A stretch of 64,000 nt of DNA from Sphingomonas sp. Its GTDB lineage: Bacteria > Pseudomonadota > Alphaproteobacteria > Sphingomonadales > Sphingomonadaceae. The notes beneath the pieces were generated by a model, which had not been told where the DNA came from, made no database searches, and worked only from the letters and a program-made list of their open reading frames with translations. Both the position numbers and the translations under genes were made by a program. The DNA is taken from contig NZ_JBAZTL010000009.1 in the NCBI RefSeq assembly GCF_041661885.1, forward strand, positions 3,381 to 67,380, written 5' to 3'. This document shows, in pieces, positions 29,061 through 39,493 of the stretch (position 1 is the first letter of the stretch; every line of letters starts with the position of its first letter).

Positions 29061-29399
29061 ATGGTCCGAATTCTGATCGCGTCGGGGGTGCTCGCCGGAT
29101 CGCTCGCGCTTGGTGGATGTGTGGCGGGCGTGGCCGTGGGTGCGGTCGATCTTGCGGCGCGCTCCGCCAAGGGGCGGCCCGTCCCGAACGCCTATCTGCA
29201 GCCGACCGCCACCAACGACTGCACCAGCTATGCCACGCGCTATGGCACCGTCCACATCATCGACGTCGAACAACATACCCCGTCCAGGATCATCGTGTGG
29301 GGCACGGTCGATGACGGCAAGGAAAAGCGGTCGTTCCAGTGCAATTACGGCTCCAAGATCACCGGTTTCAAACTGCGCGCGATCAAGACCCGCGACTGA
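29061..29399 (+). CDS. Small hypothetical lipoprotein
   Basis: Lipobox-like LALGGC after a hydrophobic N-terminus; fills the gap between coaB and dut. Confidence 0.65.
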   Translation: MVRILIASGVLAGSLALGGCVAGVAVGAVDLAARSAKGRPVPNAYLQPTATNDCTSYATRYGTVHIIDVEQHTPSRIIVWGTVDDGKEKRSFQCNYGSKITGFKLRAIKTRD

Positions 29400-29442
29400 C
29401 GCCCCCTTCGACAGGCCGGATGCGCCTTGCTATGAGCGCATC

Positions 29443-29889
29443 ATGACTGCCCCGATCACGATCGCGCTGAAACGCCTGCCACATGGCGCGGGCCTGCCCC
29501 TGCCCGCTTATGCCACCGCGGGCGCGGCGGGCATGGATGTCGTCGCCGCCGAGGATTGCGTGCTGGCCCCAGGCGGGCGGGCCGCGATTGCAAGCGGCTT
29601 CGCCATCGCCATTCCCGAAGGTTATGAGGTGCAGGTACGCCCACGCTCGGGCCTGGCGCTGAAGCACGGCGTCACCTGCCTCAACACGCCGGGCACGATC
29701 GACAGCGATTATCGCGGCGAAGTGAAGGTGATTCTCGCCAATCTGGGGCAGGACCCATTCCCGATTGCGCGCGGCGACCGGATCGCACAGCTTGTCCCCG
29801 CCCCCGTACAACGCGCGATGCTGGAGGTGGTGGAGACGCTCGACGACACGGTGCGCGGCTCCGGGGGCTTTGGATCGACCGGACGATGA
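29443..29889 (+). CDS. dut: dUTP diphosphatase
   Basis: [38 protein letters not shown]. Confidence 0.97.
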   Translation: MTAPITIALKRLPHGAGLPLPAYATAGAAGMDVVAAEDCVLAPGGRAAIASGFAIAIPEGYEVQVRPRSGLALKHGVTCLNTPGTIDSDYRGEVKVILANLGQDPFPIARGDRIAQLVPAPVQRAMLEVVETLDDTVRGSGGFGSTGR

Positions 29890-30266
29890 TCGCGCTGCTT
29901 TTGCTTCAGGCGGCAGAATTGCCCGCCCTCCCCGCCGACTGGTCGGCGCTCGCGCCGATTCCCTATGTTGCGGCCCCCAAGGTGACGCCCGAACTGTCAG
30001 GCTTCGTCGCGAATGAGATCACCGCCGGACGTTGCACCGTGCCCAAGCCCGCCGACGGCCATTATGTCGTCCGCGTCGATGTCGCCACGCTGGTCGCCGC
30101 CGACGGGACGGTCCGCCGCACGATGCCGCACGCCATCGCCTGCCCGACGGTCGAGCAATATGCGGCGGGCCTCGTCACCGGTTTCGCGCGCGGCAATTTG
30201 CCGATGCGGCCCGGCGCAGTCGATGCCTGGTATCGCGCGACGATCGTGTTCGAATGGAACGCCTGA
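29886..30266 (+). CDS. Hypothetical exported protein (126 aa, two Cys)
   Basis: ATGA overlap with dut; short hydrophobic N-terminus. Confidence 0.65.
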   Translation: MIALLLLQAAELPALPADWSALAPIPYVAAPKVTPELSGFVANEITAGRCTVPKPADGHYVVRVDVATLVAADGTVRRTMPHAIACPTVEQYAAGLVTGFARGNLPMRPGAVDAWYRATIVFEWNA

Positions 30267-30274
30267 GACCCTTG

Positions 30275-31024
30275 GTGACGCTCTCCGACGAGGAACTGAA
30301 CCGTTACGCCCGCCACATCGTGCTGCGCGAGGTTGGCGGCGCGGGGCAGATGCGGCTGAAAGCCGCGTCGATCGCGTTTGTCGGCGCAGGCGGCATTGGT
30401 AGCCCGGCGATTCAATATCTGGCCGCCGTAGGCGTCGGGCGGCTGGTGCTGATCGACGATGACACGGTCGATCTGTCCAACCTGCAACGCCAGACGTTGT
30501 TCGGCGATGCCGATATCGGCGCGGGCAAGGTCGCAGCGGCGGCGCAAGCCGCACGCCGGATCAACCCGCACGTCCTGATCGACCAACGCGCAGAACGGTT
30601 GACCCCGGACAATGCCGCGTGCCTGCTTGGCGGAGCGGACGTCGTGATCGACGGCACCGACAGTTTCGCGACACGTCTGGCCGTCGCCGACGCCGCACAC
30701 GGCCTGCGCATCCCGCTTGTCTCGTCCGCAGTCGGGCAGTTCGAGGGGCAGCTCGGCGTGTTTCGCGGCTGGGAGGCGGACAAGCCGTGCTATCGCTGCT
30801 TCGTCGGCGGCGCGGTCGATCAGGCGGGCGACAGTTGCGCCGAACAGGGCGTGCTGGGCGCGATGACCGGGGTGATGGGCAGCCTCGCCGCGCTGGAGGC
30901 GATGCGCAGCGTGGTGGGGTTCGGTGATGACAGCGCGGGTAAGCTGCTGCTGATCGATGCGCTCGCCTTTCGCTTCCGCACGATCGCATTGCCCAAGGAT
31001 CCGGGATGCAAGGGATGCGGTTAG
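30275..31024 (+). CDS. moeB: HesA/MoeB/ThiF-family adenylyltransferase
   Basis: RYARHIVL, VGAGGIGSP, SNLQRQ, CYRC and C-terminal CKGC zinc motifs. Confidence 0.88.
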   Translation: MTLSDEELNRYARHIVLREVGGAGQMRLKAASIAFVGAGGIGSPAIQYLAAVGVGRLVLIDDDTVDLSNLQRQTLFGDADIGAGKVAAAAQAARRINPHVLIDQRAERLTPDNAACLLGGADVVIDGTDSFATRLAVADAAHGLRIPLVSSAVGQFEGQLGVFRGWEADKPCYRCFVGGAVDQAGDSCAEQGVLGAMTGVMGSLAALEAMRSVVGFGDDSAGKLLLIDALAFRFRTIALPKDPGCKGCG

Positions 31025-31059
31025 CGGGGTTTTAAGGGAGCGCGCGCTATGCGCCTGCC

Positions 31060-32190
31060 ATGACCTCTCCGCGCATCCTCGTTATCTTCGGCACCCGGCC
31101 CGAAGCGATCAAACTCTTTCCCGTGGTTGCGGCGCTCAAGGCGCAGGGTGGCCTTGATGTGCGCACCTGCGTGACCGCGCAGCATCGCGGGCTGCTCGAC
31201 CAAGTGCTCAGCATCGCCAATCTGCGCCCCGATATCGATCTCGACCTGATGGAGCCGGGCCAGACGCTCGACCGCCTGACCGCGCGGCTGCTGATCGGGC
31301 TTGGCGATGTGATGGATGCCGAAAAGCCCGACCGGGTGATGGTGCAGGGCGACACCGCCACTGCGATGGTCGGTGCGCTGGCGGCATATTATCGCAAGGT
31401 GCCGGTCAGCCATGTCGAGGCGGGCTTGCGCTCGGGCGACATTTACCAGCCCTGGCCCGAGGAAGTGAACCGCCGGATCGTCGCGCCGATCGCAGACCAG
31501 CATTTCGCGCCGACCGAGACCGCCGCCGACGCACTGCGCCGCGAAAATATCGCCCCCGCGACGATCCACGTCACCGGCAACACCGTGATCGATGCGCTCT
31601 ACGCAACACGCGCCAAGCTCGCCGCCGACCCCACGCTCGCCAGCGGGCTCGACGGTATTGCGCAGCGTTTCGCGGGCAAGCGCATCATCCTGGTCACCAC
31701 CCACCGGCGCGAGAATTTCGGTGGCGGCATGGACAATATCGCGCACGCGCTCGCCCGCATCGCCGCGCGCGATGACGTGGCGATCCTGTTCCCGATGCAC
31801 CCCAACCCCAATGTGGTGGAGGCGATGAACCGCGTGCTGGGCGACCGGTCCAACATCGCGCGGATCGATCCGCTCGATTACCCCCACTTTATCCGCGCGC
31901 TGGAGCTGTGCGACATCGCGCTGACCGATTCGGGCGGCGTGCAGGAGGAAGCGCCCGCGCTTGCCAAGCCCGTGCTTGTGATGCGCGAGACGACCGAACG
32001 CCCCGAAGGCGTAGCGGCAGGCACCGCCAAGCTGATTGGCACCGATCCCGAGCGGATCGTTTCCGAAATATCAACCCTCCTCGACGACAAGGGCGCGTAC
32101 CAGGACATGGCACGCGCCCACAATCCGTTCGGCGACGGCCATGCGTCCGGCAGGATCGCAAAGGTAATCGCCGATGGTTTCGGATGCTGA
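31060..32190 (+). CDS. wecB: UDP-N-acetylglucosamine 2-epimerase (non-hydrolysing)
   Basis: FGTRPEAIK, HVEAGLRS, PEEVNR, TDSGGVQEEAP. Confidence 0.96.
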   Translation: MTSPRILVIFGTRPEAIKLFPVVAALKAQGGLDVRTCVTAQHRGLLDQVLSIANLRPDIDLDLMEPGQTLDRLTARLLIGLGDVMDAEKPDRVMVQGDTATAMVGALAAYYRKVPVSHVEAGLRSGDIYQPWPEEVNRRIVAPIADQHFAPTETAADALRRENIAPATIHVTGNTVIDALYATRAKLAADPTLASGLDGIAQRFAGKRIILVTTHRRENFGGGMDNIAHALARIAARDDVAILFPMHPNPNVVEAMNRVLGDRSNIARIDPLDYPHFIRALELCDIALTDSGGVQEEAPALAKPVLVMRETTERPEGVAAGTAKLIGTDPERIVSEISTLLDDKGAYQDMARAHNPFGDGHASGRIAKVIADGFGC

Positions 32191-33472
32191 ACTGAAGGTT
32201 GTCGTGGTCGGGCTGGGCTATATCGGCCTGCCGACCGCCGCCGTGATCGCGCGCACGGGTGCCAAGGTGCTCGGCATCGACGTGTCGGAACATGTCGTCG
32301 AAACGGTCAATTCGGGCAAAATCCATATCGAGGAAGTCGATCTCGACGGCCTCGTCTCGGGCGTGGTCGCGCGTGGCACCTTGCGTGCGGCGACACAGAT
32401 CGAACCCGCCGATGTGTTCGTCATCGCAGTGCCGACGCCCTTTGCCGACGATCATGCGCCCAATATCGGCTATGTCCTGCGCGCCGCGACCACCATTGCC
32501 GCCGTGCTGAAGGCAGGCGATGTCATCATCCTCGAATCGACCTCCCCCGTCGGCACGACCGAGAAGGTGCGCGACTTGCTCGCGCAATTGCGGCCCGATC
32601 TGAAGGTGCCCGGCAAGACCGGCGAGAGCGCCGACATTGCCATCGCCTATTGCCCCGAGCGCGTTTTGCCGGGGCGCATTCTGGTCGAGCTGATCGACAA
32701 TGACCGTGTGATCGGCGGCATCACCCCGCGTTGTGCGCGGAAAGCGCTGCAATTCTACCGCCGCTTCGTGCGCGGCGCGTGCGTCACCACCACCGCGCGC
32801 GCGGCGGAGATGACCAAGCTGACCGAAAACGCGTTTCGCGACGTCAACATCGCCTTCGCCAATGAACTGAGCCGCGTCGCCGACACGATGGAGGTCGATG
32901 TGTGGGAGGTGATCCGCCTCGCCAACCGCCACCCGCGCGTCAACATCCTCTCGCCCGGCCCCGGCGTCGGCGGGCATTGCATCGCGGTCGATCCGTGGTT
33001 CCTGGTTCATGCCGATCGCGACAACACCCCGCTGATCCGCACCGCGCGCGAAGTGAATGACGCCAAGATCGACTATGTCGTCGAGCGCGCCGAGGCGATG
33101 GTCGCGGCGCATCCGGGCGCGCGCGTCGCCTGTCTGGGCCTCGCCTTCAAGGCCAATATCGACGATTTCCGCGAGAGCCCCGCACTCAAGGTGGCGACCG
33201 CACTCGCGCAGCGCTTCGGCGATCGGCTCGACGTGGTCGAGCCTTATACCCGCGCCCTGCCCGCTGCGTTTGACGGCACTGGTGCGACGCTGACCGACAT
33301 CGATACCGCGATCGAGACATGCGGTATCATGATCGTGCTGGTCGACCATGATGTGTTCAAATCGGTGCCGGTCGATGAGCGCGCCGACAAGATCGTCTAT
33401 GACACGCGCGGCATCTGGCCCGATCAGCCGCGCGCGCCTGCTCGCACGGAAGCGTTGCGCCTCGCCAGCTAA
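32174..33472 (+). CDS. wecC: UDP-N-acetyl-D-mannosamine dehydrogenase
   Basis: GLGYIGLP, ESTSPVGT, CPERVLPG, GPGVGGHCI, FRESP. Confidence 0.95.
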   Translation: MVSDAELKVVVVGLGYIGLPTAAVIARTGAKVLGIDVSEHVVETVNSGKIHIEEVDLDGLVSGVVARGTLRAATQIEPADVFVIAVPTPFADDHAPNIGYVLRAATTIAAVLKAGDVIILESTSPVGTTEKVRDLLAQLRPDLKVPGKTGESADIAIAYCPERVLPGRILVELIDNDRVIGGITPRCARKALQFYRRFVRGACVTTTARAAEMTKLTENAFRDVNIAFANELSRVADTMEVDVWEVIRLANRHPRVNILSPGPGVGGHCIAVDPWFLVHADRDNTPLIRTAREVNDAKIDYVVERAEAMVAAHPGARVACLGLAFKANIDDFRESPALKVATALAQRFGDRLDVVEPYTRALPAAFDGTGATLTDIDTAIETCGIMIVLVDHDVFKSVPVDERADKIVYDTRGIWPDQPRAPARTEALRLAS

Positions 33473-33490
33473 GGCCTGATAGGGAACGCC

Positions 33491-34528
33491 ATGTCGACCG
33501 ATCCCATCCTCGTCACCGGTGTCGCCGGGTTCATCGGTATGCACGTCGCGCGCGCGCTGCTGGCGCGGGGTGAGCACGTCATCGGCATCGATAATTTCAA
33601 CGATTATTATCCCGTCAGCCTGAAGGAAGCGCGCGTCGCGGCGATTGCGGCAGAGGCAGACGGCCGCTTCACGCTGCACCGCGTCGATTTCGCCGATCAT
33701 GCCGTGCTCGATGCCGCGCTCGGGTCGGCGCACTTTTCCCGCATCGTCCATCTCGGGGCCCAAGCCGGGGTGCGCTATTCGATCGACAATCCGCGGGCCT
33801 ATATCCATTCGAACATCGCAGGGCACCTCAACCTGCTCGAACTCGGGCGGCAGCGCGGCGTCGCGCATCTCGTTTATGCGTCGTCCTCCTCCATCTATGG
33901 CGGCGATGCGAACGTCCCGTTCAAGGTCGATGACCGCGCCGACCGACCCTTGTCGCTCTATGCAGCAACCAAGCGCGCCGACGAGTTGATGAGCGAAACC
34001 TACGCGCATCTCTATCGCCTGCCGCAAACGGGGTTGCGCTTCTTCACGGTCTACGGGCCGTGGGGGCGGCCCGACATGGCAATGTGGCTGTTCACCAGCG
34101 CGATCCTCGAAGGTCGCCCGATTCAGGTGTTCAACAACGGCGATATGCGGCGCGATTTTACCTATATCGACGATATCGTCGCCGGGATCATCGCCTGCCT
34201 CGACCATCCGCCTGCGGACGACGGCAGCATCAAGGCCGGCGGCAGCCCGGCCCCGCACCGGCTCTACAATATCGGCAACCACCGCTCGGAGCGGCTCGAC
34301 CGGCTGATCGACCTGATCGAGGCGGCGTGCGGCAAGCCCGCGATCCGCATCAACGCGCCGATGCAGCCGGGCGACATGCAGGATACCTTCGCCGACATCA
34401 GCGCGATCCAGCACGACCTTGGCTTCGCGCCGACCACGCCGATCGATGTCGGCGTACCGCGCTTTGTGGAATGGTATCGCGGTTACAAAGAGCACGGATC
34501 TTCGCAAACGCAGCACTGGACTGGCTAG
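33491..34528 (+). CDS. UDP-glucuronate 4-epimerase-like SDR
   Basis: TGVAGFIG, AQAGVRYS, YAATKRADE, FFTVYGPWGRPDMA, RDFTYIDD. Confidence 0.88.
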   Translation: MSTDPILVTGVAGFIGMHVARALLARGEHVIGIDNFNDYYPVSLKEARVAAIAAEADGRFTLHRVDFADHAVLDAALGSAHFSRIVHLGAQAGVRYSIDNPRAYIHSNIAGHLNLLELGRQRGVAHLVYASSSSIYGGDANVPFKVDDRADRPLSLYAATKRADELMSETYAHLYRLPQTGLRFFTVYGPWGRPDMAMWLFTSAILEGRPIQVFNNGDMRRDFTYIDDIVAGIIACLDHPPADDGSIKAGGSPAPHRLYNIGNHRSERLDRLIDLIEAACGKPAIRINAPMQPGDMQDTFADISAIQHDLGFAPTTPIDVGVPRFVEWYRGYKEHGSSQTQHWTG

Positions 34529-34572
34529 GACAGGCTGCTATGGCTCGGGCTTCATATGCCGGGGACATGTAG

Positions 34573-35673
34573 ATGACGAAGACCGCGCTGATCACCGGGA
34601 TCACCGGGCAGGACGGGGCCTATCTTGCCGAACTGCTGCTCGCCAAGGGCTATGAAGTCCACGGCATCAAGCGACGTTCGTCCTCGTTCAATACCGGCCG
34701 GATCGACCATCTCTATCAGGACCCGCACGAACTCGGCGCGCGGTTGCACCTGCATTATGGCGACATGACCGATTCGATGAATTTGACGCGGATCGTCCAG
34801 GAAACCCGGCCCGACGAAATCTACAATCTGGCGGCGATGAGCCATGTTCAAGTCAGTTTCGAAACCCCCGAATATACCGCCAATGCCGACGGCATCGGTA
34901 CGCTGCGCCTGCTCGAGGCGATCCGGCTGCTGAAGATGACCGAGACCACGCGCATCTATCAGGCGTCGACGTCGGAGCTGTACGGGCTGGTGCAGGAAGT
35001 GCCGCAGTCGGAAACCACGCCCTTCTACCCGCGCTCACCTTATGCCGCCGCCAAGATGTACGCCTATTGGATCACGGTGAATTACCGTGAGGCCTATGGA
35101 ATGCACGCCTCCAACGGCATCCTGTTCAACCATGAAAGCCCGCTGCGCGGCGAGACCTTCGTCACCCGCAAGATCACCCGCGCCGTCGCGGCGATCCACC
35201 TTGGCCATCAGGATATGCTGTGGCTCGGCAATCTTGACGCCAAGCGCGACTGGGGCCATGCGCGCGATTATGTCGAGGGCATGTGGCGGATCGTGCAACA
35301 GCCTAAGGGCGACGATTTCGTGCTGGCGACGGGCGTTACGCAAACCGTGCGCTCGTTCGTCGAACTCGCCTTTGCCGAGGTCGACACGCAGATTTCGTGG
35401 AGCGGCGAAGGCGTCGATGAGGTCGGCGTCTGCGCCAAGACCGGCAAGACGCTGGTCAAGGTTGATCCGCGCTATTTCCGCCCGACCGAAGTCGATTTGC
35501 TGATCGGCAATCCCGCCAAGGCCAAGCGCGTGCTCGGCTGGGAAGCGACCACCACGCTCGGCGAATTGTGCGCGGAAATGGTGCGCGAGGATTTGAAGGT
35601 CATCGCGCGCGAGGCCGCGCAGCGCCGCCCCGACGAAGAGCGCCCCGCCTCGCTTTATGCGATCAAGGGCTGA
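34573..35673 (+). CDS. gmd: GDP-mannose 4,6-dehydratase
   Basis: [36 protein letters not shown]. Confidence 0.97.
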   Translation: MTKTALITGITGQDGAYLAELLLAKGYEVHGIKRRSSSFNTGRIDHLYQDPHELGARLHLHYGDMTDSMNLTRIVQETRPDEIYNLAAMSHVQVSFETPEYTANADGIGTLRLLEAIRLLKMTETTRIYQASTSELYGLVQEVPQSETTPFYPRSPYAAAKMYAYWITVNYREAYGMHASNGILFNHESPLRGETFVTRKITRAVAAIHLGHQDMLWLGNLDAKRDWGHARDYVEGMWRIVQQPKGDDFVLATGVTQTVRSFVELAFAEVDTQISWSGEGVDEVGVCAKTGKTLVKVDPRYFRPTEVDLLIGNPAKAKRVLGWEATTTLGELCAEMVREDLKVIAREAAQRRPDEERPASLYAIKG

Positions 35674-35678
35674 ACCGC

Positions 35679-36623
35679 ATGACCGTCCCCTTCTCCCTTG
35701 AGAACAAGCGCGTCTGGGTTGCGGGCGAGCGCGGCATGGTCGGGCGCGCGATCGTGCGGCGGCTGGCCGGGGAAGGCTGCACGATCGTCTCGCCCGAGCG
35801 CCGGATCGATTTGCGCGACCAGGCAGCGACCTTCGCCTGGCTGGACGAAGCGAAAATCGACCTGATCTTCCTCGCCGCCGCCAAGGTCGGCGGGATTGCC
35901 GCGAACAACGCGTTTCCGGGTGAGTTCCTCTACGACAATCTGATGATCGAGGCCAACGTGATCGAAGGCGCGCGCCGCGCCAGGGTCGCCAAGCTGGTGT
36001 TCCTCGGCTCGTCGTGCATCTTCCCCAAGATGGCGCCGCAACCGATCCCCGAAAGCGCGCTGCTGACCGGGCCGCTCGAGCCGACCAACGAATGGTATGC
36101 CATCGCCAAGATCGCCGGGTTGAAGCTGTGCGCCGCCTATCGCCGCCAATATGGCTGTGACTTCATTTCCGCGCAGCCGACCAACCTGTACGGCCCATTC
36201 GACAATTTCGATCTCGAATCGAGCCATGTCCTGCCCGCGCTGCTGCGCAAGGCGCATGAAGCGAAGCTGGCGGGCGCCGCCGAGATGACGGTATGGGGCA
36301 GCGGCACGCCACTGCGCGAATTCCTGCATGTCGACGATCTCGCCGACGCGCTGGTGTTCCTGGCGCAGACCTATTCGGCCGAAGATTTCGTCAATATCGG
36401 CACGGGCGAGGAATTCAGCATCGCCGAGCTTGCGCATATGGTGAGCGCGGCGGTCGGCTTTCCGGGCACGCTGGTGTTCGACGCGACGCGCCCCGACGGC
36501 ACGCCGCGCAAGCTGATCGACACCACGCGGCTGCAGGGCCTGGGCTGGAAACCGTCAATCCCGATGCAGCGCGGGCTGGCGGAGGTGTATGACTGGTTCC
36601 TGGAGCACCGCGCATCCGCCTGA
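35679..36623 (+). CDS. fcl: GDP-L-fucose synthase
   Basis: AAKVGGI, GSSCIFPK, YAIAKIAG, PTNLYGP, REFLHVDD. Confidence 0.95.
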   Translation: MTVPFSLENKRVWVAGERGMVGRAIVRRLAGEGCTIVSPERRIDLRDQAATFAWLDEAKIDLIFLAAAKVGGIAANNAFPGEFLYDNLMIEANVIEGARRARVAKLVFLGSSCIFPKMAPQPIPESALLTGPLEPTNEWYAIAKIAGLKLCAAYRRQYGCDFISAQPTNLYGPFDNFDLESSHVLPALLRKAHEAKLAGAAEMTVWGSGTPLREFLHVDDLADALVFLAQTYSAEDFVNIGTGEEFSIAELAHMVSAAVGFPGTLVFDATRPDGTPRKLIDTTRLQGLGWKPSIPMQRGLAEVYDWFLEHRASA

Positions 36624-36665
36624 AATACTGACGTTGCCTAAGGTCATGCCCTCATTTTTCTACGG

Positions 36666-37442
36666 ATGCCCTTCATGAAAAAAGCCCTAAAACGCAGTGC
36701 CCGTTTCCTGCAGCGTGTCACCGGCCTTGACCCGAAGGCCTTGGCCAATGCCCGCTATTTCCCGCGTTATTGGCGCGAATTGCAGGCGTTTCGGGCGCAA
36801 GGCGGCACGGTCGAGCGACTATGGCCGATTCTGGGGGATTATCACGACAGTTCGGGCTCGGCCTCGGGCCATTATTTCCATCAGGATTTGCTGGTGGCGC
36901 AATTCATCTATACCGCCAATCCCGACGCGCATCTGGACGTAGCCTCGCGCATCGACGGGTTCGTTGCACATGTCGCCACGTTCCGGGCGATCGACGTGCT
37001 CGACATCCGCCCGCTGCCACCGACCGCGCACGCCAATATCCGCTTCGTCCAGGCCGATCTCATGCAGCCGCAACCCGAATTGCAGGCGCGCTATCCCTCG
37101 GTCAGTTGCCTGCACGCGCTCGAACATTTCGGGCTGGGCCGCTATACCGACAGCATCGACGTCAACGGTCACCGCAAGGGCTTCGACGCGATCGCCGCCT
37201 TGGTTGCGCCGGGCGGCGTATTCTATCTAAGCTTCCCGGTCGGGCGATCCCGCGTCGAATTCAACGCGCACCGCGTCTTCGCGCCGGGCGAACCGCTGGA
37301 ATGGGCGGACGGTCGCTTTACACTCGAGCGCTTCGACTATGTCGATGACGCTGGCGCGTTGCACGTCTCCGCCAAGGTCGAGGATGCCGCCGCGCTCGAT
37401 TATGGTTGCGGCATTTATACGCTGCGCAAGGCTGACCAATAG
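36666..37442 (+). CDS. DUF268 domain protein (methyltransferase-like)
   Basis: YFHQDLLVA, SRIDGFVAHVA, SCLHALEHFGLGRY, FNAHRVF recognised as the DUF268 pattern. Confidence 0.75.
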   Translation: MPFMKKALKRSARFLQRVTGLDPKALANARYFPRYWRELQAFRAQGGTVERLWPILGDYHDSSGSASGHYFHQDLLVAQFIYTANPDAHLDVASRIDGFVAHVATFRAIDVLDIRPLPPTAHANIRFVQADLMQPQPELQARYPSVSCLHALEHFGLGRYTDSIDVNGHRKGFDAIAALVAPGGVFYLSFPVGRSRVEFNAHRVFAPGEPLEWADGRFTLERFDYVDDAGALHVSAKVEDAAALDYGCGIYTLRKADQ

Positions 37443-37460
37443 TCAGCCTTGCGCGAAGCC

Positions 37461-38213
37461 TCAGGCTTCCAGAGTGAAGATCGTATTGATCGAATCGGCG
37501 TAAAACTCGCGATAGCCGTTCGCCAGCAGGCTGGCGCGCACTTCACGATGCGATGTCTGCAACGACGCGTCGCCTTCAAAATCGCTGTGCCGATCGATCA
37601 GCTCGACGATCATCACGCGTGGACGCCACGCGCTTTGCAGCAACGTCGCGACAATCGCTTGCTCGCCCCCCTCGACATCGATCACCATCAAATCGAAACG
37701 GTGCGGGATCGCATTGCGTTGAAAAACCGTCTCCAGTCGGTCGGTACGGATTGACTGCGACGTTGCGGCCCGAGACGCGTCCTGCGCCCAACTGATGGTG
37801 TTATAGAGTTCCGCAGTCGGCGCGTTCATGGTCGAAAGCGGGCCCATCACGCTGATCTCTGCGGTGCCAGCGGTGTCGGCAATACCGACATTCTCGGCAA
37901 CCACGCGATTGAACAGGTGGCGCGCCCGCGCGCGCGCGTGATAAGCGGGGATCGGTTCAACATAGACGCCGCGCCACCCCTGATCCGCAAGAAACGACGT
38001 GTTCGACCAGGTTTCCCCGTCAAATGCGCCGACTTCCACGAAAACACCCGTATCGGGTGCCAGGCCCAGCGCGCTGTATTTCTCCCGAAGCTGCGGGATT
38101 TGGCACGTCGCCGAAATCGTTGCTTGCCCCGACAATTTCGCCTGAAGGCCGCGCGAAACGGCGAAGCCCAAGGAGCGGCCAAGCTCCAAAACACTTTTGG
38201 CCTGCTTACGCAT
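37461..38213 (-). CDS. FkbM-family methyltransferase
   Basis: FVEVGAFDG..SNT, VEP, IDVEGGE motifs. Confidence 0.88.
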   Translation of the reverse strand: MRKQAKSVLELGRSLGFAVSRGLQAKLSGQATISATCQIPQLREKYSALGLAPDTGVFVEVGAFDGETWSNTSFLADQGWRGVYVEPIPAYHARARARHLFNRVVAENVGIADTAGTAEISVMGPLSTMNAPTAELYNTISWAQDASRAATSQSIRTDRLETVFQRNAIPHRFDLMVIDVEGGEQAIVATLLQSAWRPRVMIVELIDRHSDFEGDASLQTSHREVRASLLANGYREFYADSINTIFTLEA

Positions 38214-38243
38214 CACGTGTCTCCAAGATGATAGCGCGCCGGC

Positions 38244-39476
38244 TCACGCCGTTGCGCCGCGCTGTAGCGCCGAGAAAAAGGTTTCTTCGGCCGCGCGGGG
38301 ATGGAAAAGTTGGTCGCCGACCGCTTTTGCTCGTTCCGCCAGCGCGAGCGTCCGTGGGCGATCCTCGAACAGGCGCGTGACTGCCGTCCTCAGCGCTTCC
38401 GGCGTTTCGTCGGTGATGACCGCCGCGACGCCGGGGTAGCTCCGTTCCCACTGCACTGCCGAGCAATAATCGGGGCCAGTGGCGAGGATCGGCAAGCCGA
38501 CATTGCAATAATCGGTCAACTTGCTGGGAAAGGAGAGGCGCATATTGTCGTGATATTTCGGTTCCGACCACATCGGCAGGAACAGATAATCAATCTCCGT
38601 GCGCAAGGCATCGCTTAGCGCATTGGGTGTCAGCAAACCGCGAAATTCGATATTGGGCAAGTCGAGTTCGGGCTGCGTCTCGCGCGTTGCCGGGCCATAG
38701 ATCACCAACTTGCCCCCCAACGGGGCGAGCACGGCAGCGAGCCGGGCGTTGGCCGCGACCATGCCGATGGTGTTCATCGACCCTGCAAAGGCGAAAGTGC
38801 GCCCACCCGCCCCCGACATCAGCCGGGGCGAAACCCCGCGATAGACCGGAGCCTGATAAGATCGAGCGGGATACAGAATCGTTCCAGGCGCACCGTAAAG
38901 AGCGCTATAATCATCGGCCATCGCCGGGGAAACGCACAGGCGGGTGCTGGCCTGGCGATAAAGGCGCGCGAACACCTTTTGCTTCCAGGGCTCCAATTGC
39001 GGCAGCGTCAGTTGCGTTCGCGCCCATTCGTCATGGCAGATGAGGTGCAGCGGAAGCCCCCGCTCCCGCGCAATCGTCGCGGCGTTAATCCACGCATTGC
39101 CGTGCGTCACGGTCAACACCGCATCCGCTTCGAACGGGCCGATCGCCTTGCGTACCGCGCCAACGCGCCAGGTCTCCGTCAACAACGCCACGCTGCCCGC
39201 AATTTGCGCCCAGCGTGTACGCTTGATCCGCGACAGCGTTTCCGGCGCGTACCGATAATCAACCCCTGCAAGCCTGCGTTCGGGAAGCGAAGCGTGCGCC
39301 ACCTCGACAATCCGTAGCCGTTCGACGGGATAGTTCAACAGCAGGCGATATAGCAGACTGGAACCGTGATAGCTGTTCTCGATCGGCACCTCGCCAACAT
39401 AGAGCAGGCGCGGCAGACGCGCGGGATCGACGTGCTTCCCGTCGACCATATCCTGAACTGTTTCGCTCGATAGCAT
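38244..39476 (-). CDS. Glycosyltransferase (GT-B, family 4-like)
   Basis: SFPSKLTDYCNVGLPIL C-terminal GT-B motif; start uncertain (39476 or 39449). Confidence 0.8.
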   Translation of the reverse strand: MLSSETVQDMVDGKHVDPARLPRLLYVGEVPIENSYHGSSLLYRLLLNYPVERLRIVEVAHASLPERRLAGVDYRYAPETLSRIKRTRWAQIAGSVALLTETWRVGAVRKAIGPFEADAVLTVTHGNAWINAATIARERGLPLHLICHDEWARTQLTLPQLEPWKQKVFARLYRQASTRLCVSPAMADDYSALYGAPGTILYPARSYQAPVYRGVSPRLMSGAGGRTFAFAGSMNTIGMVAANARLAAVLAPLGGKLVIYGPATRETQPELDLPNIEFRGLLTPNALSDALRTEIDYLFLPMWSEPKYHDNMRLSFPSKLTDYCNVGLPILATGPDYCSAVQWERSYPGVAAVITDETPEALRTAVTRLFEDRPRTLALAERAKAVGDQLFHPRAAEETFFSALQRGATA

Positions 39477-39493
39477 ATCGCCGACAGCCGCCG

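Noticed and set aside
31025-31059. JUMPstart/ops element at the start of the glycan locus
   Set aside because: No GGCGGTAG-type element here or in the other locus promoter regions examined.
31889-34516. 875-aa minus-strand ORF, plus other long antisense ORFs (48-1532, 11156-12778, 13084-14835, 25135-26604, 44105-45532)
   Set aside because: They lie opposite well-supported genes, have no motifs, and are the expected stop-poor shadow frames of high-GC coding DNA.
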